64,000 bases of DNA, taken from assembly GCA_965232235.1 (NCBI GenBank), contig OZ246960.1, positions 3,405,397 to 3,469,396 of the forward strand. Direction: 5' to 3'. The notes under the pieces are model-generated. The model was not told where the DNA came from and ran no database searches. It saw only the letters and a program-made list of their open reading frames with translations. Shown here one piece after another: positions 60,089 to 64,000 of this stretch; the stretch's first letter is position 1, and each line of letters opens with the position of its first letter. The stretch comes from Candidatus Poribacteria bacterium. Lineage in GTDB: Bacteria > Poribacteria > WGA-4E > JAJDTR01. Made by a program: the position numbers and the translations under genes.

Positions 60089-60778
60089 TCAGACTATTTT
60101 TTCTCGAGTCCCAAAGCAAAGGTTTAAGAATTTATCCTCAATTCTTACGCGGATTCCACGACTCTTGACCGAACCATTTTCATGCACGTGCATCTTTAAA
60201 TCAATAACAATCATGCCTTTGCGAATCAAGTCTAAGAAAACATACGCATCTGGATTTGAAAGAACATACGCCTCGTTAAACCAAAACTCATCCTTCAAAT
60301 CAGAATTGAGACGGGTATCGGCTTGGACGAGAACCAACGCAGGCATTTTCTTCTTAAACGTCTCAATCACAGCATCCTCTGTCCATTGGGCAACGAAAGT
60401 CTTATCTACATGATTTAGCCTGACTGTGTTTCCCGATACTTTCAAGAAAAGGCCGTGATAATTTGGTGTCTTGCTCACTGTGCAATACAGAGTAGGGTTG
60501 CCGAGTGTATCGACATAGCCGTACTCTTCAATCAAGCACTTCTGCTTTAGTTTCCAAACGCCGCGATTAAGGGTAAACATGGTAACTCGATTCGAGACTC
60601 CATTCCTTTGAGACTTTATTTCTATTTCGCCGAGATTGGGTGAATTCAATTTGTTTTCCTTTAACTCAAGGAGAGACTCCAGTGTGTATCCGATGCCAGT
60701 GTTGCCTTTTCTTAATGAAACGACGTACCCCACCTGTTTAATTTCAGACAGCTTTTCCGTTAACTCAGCTAGATTCAT
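60089..60778 (-). CDS. MvaI/BcnI-family restriction endonuclease-like protein, possibly inactive
   Basis: R.GNTGIGYTLE.LL...EN, EIKS.R, TMFT, KKK, E.FWF. PN in place of the catalytic PD. Confidence 0.85.
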   Translation of the reverse strand: MNLAELTEKLSEIKQVGYVVSLRKGNTGIGYTLESLLELKENKLNSPNLGEIEIKSQRNGVSNRVTMFTLNRGVWKLKQKCLIEEYGYVDTLGNPTLYCTVSKTPNYHGLFLKVSGNTVRLNHVDKTFVAQWTEDAVIETFKKKMPALVLVQADTRLNSDLKDEFWFNEAYVLSNPDAYVFLDLIRKGMIVIDLKMHVHENGSVKSRGIRVRIEDKFLNLCFGTREKIV

Positions 60779-61142
60779 TCAGCAACACCTTGATACAGAG
60801 ACTTGGCTGGACGATCGGCAAATCCAGAATTTAGGCTCAATAGACGATGAGTAAGCCTCCATGAATCATTGTGTGGCAGAGGTTGATTCAGGTCAATCGA
60901 TCTAGCTTGACGTCGTATCAGTTTCGTGCTATGCTCTGCAAAAAGTAATATGATCTTCCCCCAAGATAGATTATACACAACTACGAGAACGATGTCAAAC
61001 ATTACTTAACGCAACAGTAGTAAAATTTCTCAGGTATCTTACCGCCCCTTAGGGGCTGATCTGCTTAATTTCTCGGAATCTCTGTTAATAGTTGGGTGTG
61101 GTGAGCGTCGCAGAAGATTCTATGAAAAGGAGCGAAAAACTC

Positions 61143-61730
61143 ATGAAATATCAACCTCAACACAACACATTTTTTAGGCACATGCTCGTTTTTGTTGTTC
61201 TGAGCATGTGCACACTTTTCGTCTCTTGTGATGAGAAAGTAACGTTAGACCTTGTAGATCCGGAGCCTATGGAAGACACCGTGGACGATTCGGGTGAGGA
61301 AATGATGCCGGTGGAACCGGTTGCCCTGATGCCGGGGCTTCCAGCCGACATCGCCGGATACAACCAATGGCTGAAGCTGAATGCCGAACCGATTCCGCCG
61401 GTAGCGGGAGGCGATCCGCACCGCGGCACCAAGGATGTGTACGTAAATCAAGAACGTGATGTGATTGCTCCGGGTGGACGTCAGCGATACCCTTACCCGG
61501 ATGGATCCATTGTCGTGAAGGAGTCTCGTGCTGACGCGGGTTTTATCCGGCTTGTTGCCATCATGCGGAAGAAGGCGGGTTCCAATCCGGGTGGGAATGA
61601 TTGGGAGTATGAGGAGTACATACGCCGCGACGCGGATTCCCCTTTCCCCAATCCGCTGACGGGTGCATTCTGTCAAGGCTGTCACTCGGACGCATCGAAC
61701 CGCGACTATGTTTTCACGGTGCTTGAATAG
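61143..61730 (+). CDS. Cytochrome P460/c'-beta family lipoprotein
   Basis: LFVSC lipobox, VYVN, YPDGSIVVKE, MRK, DWEY, C-terminal CQGCH...DYVFT. Start uncertain. Confidence 0.85.
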   Translation: MKYQPQHNTFFRHMLVFVVLSMCTLFVSCDEKVTLDLVDPEPMEDTVDDSGEEMMPVEPVALMPGLPADIAGYNQWLKLNAEPIPPVAGGDPHRGTKDVYVNQERDVIAPGGRQRYPYPDGSIVVKESRADAGFIRLVAIMRKKAGSNPGGNDWEYEEYIRRDADSPFPNPLTGAFCQGCHSDASNRDYVFTVLE

Positions 61731-61830
61731 GTCGGAACCTCAGACTGCAATTTTGGCGGATATCGGGACACTTTTAGGATTGCGGTAACATCCACAAGGA
61801 TGCCCTTTAACTCAATGGAGAGGCGAATAG

Positions 61831-62616
61831 ATGGCGGAGGCGCTCCGGCTTATTCCCCATCCGGACTTAGCAAGTCGCGTGAAGGCAATTCAAGACGACG
61901 GCTTTGTGTTTTTTCCAAGCGTGGTTGGCTCTGATGAAGTTGCAGAACTCCGCTCGGCGATGGATCGCCTAGAAGAGATTCCCGAATACATGGATAGGGC
62001 ACAAGAGTCTTGGTCGAGGCACCTAAACAATGCCTTCAATCGTGACCAGGTTTTCATTCAGTGTCTTGACAAGCAGGGAATCATAGAGTTGGCGGAAGAG
62101 ATTCATGGCGAGGATTGCCACATCATTGGGATGACCGCGTGGATTACGGGGCTAGGACGTCCGGAGCAATCACTGCATGTCGATTACCTGCCGATTAGCC
62201 TACCGGAAGATATCTTGGCAGATCCGCGGGTCAACATCCCCGTCTTTATTACCACTGTTCATTACAATCTTGATGATATGTATGAAGAGCTAGGTCCAAC
62301 GAAAATTGTGCCGGGCAGCCATCGCTCGGGCCGTGGACCGAATGGTGATTCGAAATGGAAAGGGGTTGAGGAACAAAGCATTCTGTGTAACGCGGGTGAT
62401 GTCGTGATGTTCCGCAGCGAGGTGTGGCACCGTGGGTCAGCGAATACCAGCAATCAGAAACGATACTTGCTTCAGGTTCACTATGCCCAGCGAATGATTA
62501 CGCAGAAGTTTCCGCCGTATCTAAACAGGTTTCAGTTTGACGAGGGGATATTGGCACGACTAACTCCACGGCAGCGGCGTTTGCTGGGTGAACACCGCTC
62601 CAGCAACTATGATTGA
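61831..62616 (+). CDS. Phytanoyl-CoA dioxygenase (PhyH) family 2OG/Fe(II) enzyme
   Basis: DGF, HVD, GPT.IVPGSH, GDV.MF...WHRG..N.S...R. Confidence 0.92.
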   Translation: MAEALRLIPHPDLASRVKAIQDDGFVFFPSVVGSDEVAELRSAMDRLEEIPEYMDRAQESWSRHLNNAFNRDQVFIQCLDKQGIIELAEEIHGEDCHIIGMTAWITGLGRPEQSLHVDYLPISLPEDILADPRVNIPVFITTVHYNLDDMYEELGPTKIVPGSHRSGRGPNGDSKWKGVEEQSILCNAGDVVMFRSEVWHRGSANTSNQKRYLLQVHYAQRMITQKFPPYLNRFQFDEGILARLTPRQRRLLGEHRSSNYD

Positions 62617-62736
62617 GAGAAAACTAATGCGTAATTCGTAATGGCGCAGATTCTACGTTTTGCAGGGAAATAAATACAGAAAGCTGATGGGATTGTTGAT
62701 TAGATTGGCTGATTCTATCCTACAAAGATGAAGATT

Positions 62737-62772
62737 GTAGAAACCGAGTTTTGAGGAAAAAACTCGGTTTCT
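62737..62772. repeat. GTAG-type REP-like hairpin
   Basis: GT-AGAAACCGAGTTTT-GAGGAA-AAAACTCGGTTTCT, a perfect 14-bp stem. Confidence 0.65.
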
Positions 62773-62800
62773 TTGTTTTGGTTCTTGATGACATCTTAAC

Positions 62801-63988
62801 ATGACAAATAACACGTATCCTCTTTCTCGTTTTACCGTACTGGATTTGACTCGCGTTCGGGCAGGTCCGACGGCTGTGCGCCAACTGGCCGATTGGGGAG
62901 CAAACGTCATAAAAATTGAACTGCCCGTGGCGCCGGATAAGCTTGATGATGCCAATTGCGGACGGCACGACTCCGACTTTCAGAACCTTCAGCGAAACAA
63001 ACGGAGTATGACGCTGAACCTGAAAGAGGAAGCGGGACGCTCGGCATTCATGCGGATGGTCAAACGCGCAGATGTAGTTGTAGAGAATTTCCGTCCGAAT
63101 GTGAAGACACGGCTCAAGGTTGATTACGAGGCGTGCAAAGCGGAAAATCCGCGAATTGTCTACGCAAGCGTTTCGGGCTATGGACAGGATGGTCCTTACG
63201 GAAACCGTCCGTGTTACGATCAGATTGCCCAGGGAATGGGCGGTCTGATGTGGATTACCGGTTTTGAAGGTCAGGGACCTTTGCGAGTGGGGGTGCCCAT
63301 TGCCGATCTTGCCTCGGGCATGTATGCCGCGCTCGGAATACTTACCGCGCTGCTTCAGCGGGAGGAAACCGGCGACGGGCAGTGGGTGCATACTTCGTTG
63401 CTTGAAGCCCAAATTGCCATGCTCGATTTTCAGGGCGCGCGATGGCTTATTGGAAACGAAGTGCCACCGCAAGCGGGAAACGATCATCCGACAGGCATAC
63501 CCACCGGCACGTTCGAGACTACGGACGGTTACATCAACATCGCAGCCGCTGGAAACGAGATGTGGGGACGGCTATGTGATGCCCTTTCGGCGGAAGAACT
63601 TCGAAATAATCCTGAATACACGAATGATGCCTCACGTTCACGAAACCGGGTTGCGTTGAATGAGGCACTACAAGCCTATTTCGCTGCCAAGAGCAGCGGC
63701 GAATGGATTGACCTGCTCAACGCTGCCGGCGTCCCGTGCGGTCCAATTTATCACATGGACGAAATGTGGAGTGACCCACAGGTGGAACATCTCGAAATGT
63801 CTCGACCCGTAGAGCATCCAGTGCTTGGCAGGTTAAACCTGATGCGCCATGCGACGAGCCTGAGCGACACGCCGAAGATGCCGTATCGTCCGGCTCCGGA
63901 ATTGGGCGAACACACCGATGAAATCCTGCGCGAGTTTGAATTTTCCGAAGATGAAATCGAAGACTTGCGAAGAGAGGGCGCCGTATGA
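62801..63988 (+). CDS. Family III CoA-transferase (CaiB/BaiF)
   Basis: VLDLTRVRAGP, LADWGANVIKIE, RNKRS, ENFRP, SGYG..GP, YD, APELGEHT. Confidence 0.96.
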   Translation: MTNNTYPLSRFTVLDLTRVRAGPTAVRQLADWGANVIKIELPVAPDKLDDANCGRHDSDFQNLQRNKRSMTLNLKEEAGRSAFMRMVKRADVVVENFRPNVKTRLKVDYEACKAENPRIVYASVSGYGQDGPYGNRPCYDQIAQGMGGLMWITGFEGQGPLRVGVPIADLASGMYAALGILTALLQREETGDGQWVHTSLLEAQIAMLDFQGARWLIGNEVPPQAGNDHPTGIPTGTFETTDGYINIAAAGNEMWGRLCDALSAEELRNNPEYTNDASRSRNRVALNEALQAYFAAKSSGEWIDLLNAAGVPCGPIYHMDEMWSDPQVEHLEMSRPVEHPVLGRLNLMRHATSLSDTPKMPYRPAPELGEHTDEILREFEFSEDEIEDLRREGAV

Positions 63989-64000
63989 GCGCAGGTAGCA

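Noticed and set aside
62720-63487. Long antisense ORFs (also 5501-6190 and 822-1388) and the same-strand alternate-frame ORF 34563-35288
   Set aside because: Shadow frames of well-supported genes.
63985-64000. Start of a next gene (ATGA overlap with the CoA-transferase stop)
   Set aside because: Only five codons are visible, so no product can be assigned.

Overview
Gene-dense bacterial window of about 45 CDS with no rRNA, tRNA or CRISPR array seen. Gene content (DUF6785-type membrane protein, DUF4159 protein, several PQQ/BamB-like propellers, PhyH dioxygenase, a C-terminal 'AVxPxxKLxxxWGxIK' motif) suggests Candidatus Poribacteria; this is an inference. The main blocks are: (1) metal transport, with a P1B-4 ATPase carrying a decayed N-terminal HMA domain and a ZIP transporter; (2) a ~25 kb co-oriented cluster (10.7-35.3 kb) of four BamB/PQQ-like propellers, a GriC/EhpF-like adenylating enzyme, a GriD/EhpG-like reductase, an Fe-ADH, a HemN-like radical SAM enzyme, a PaaK-like ligase, a flavin halogenase-like enzyme and a TAXI-TRAP transporter, interrupted by a DUF488 + dual-OB cassette; (3) central and sugar metabolism (fba, ppc, GH32, tandem MDR dehydrogenases); (4) a defence-like island of NurA-HerA-PAPS-reductase-like genes, a type II R-M pair and a degenerate MvaI/BcnI nuclease. 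The most striking non-coding signal is a ~35-bp micro-element with a covarying hairpin that inserts into REP-like palindromes and into itself, forming nested stacks at 9141-9347 and 42235-42386 and a single copy at 48890-48924. All family calls come from motif recognition by eye; no searches were run.
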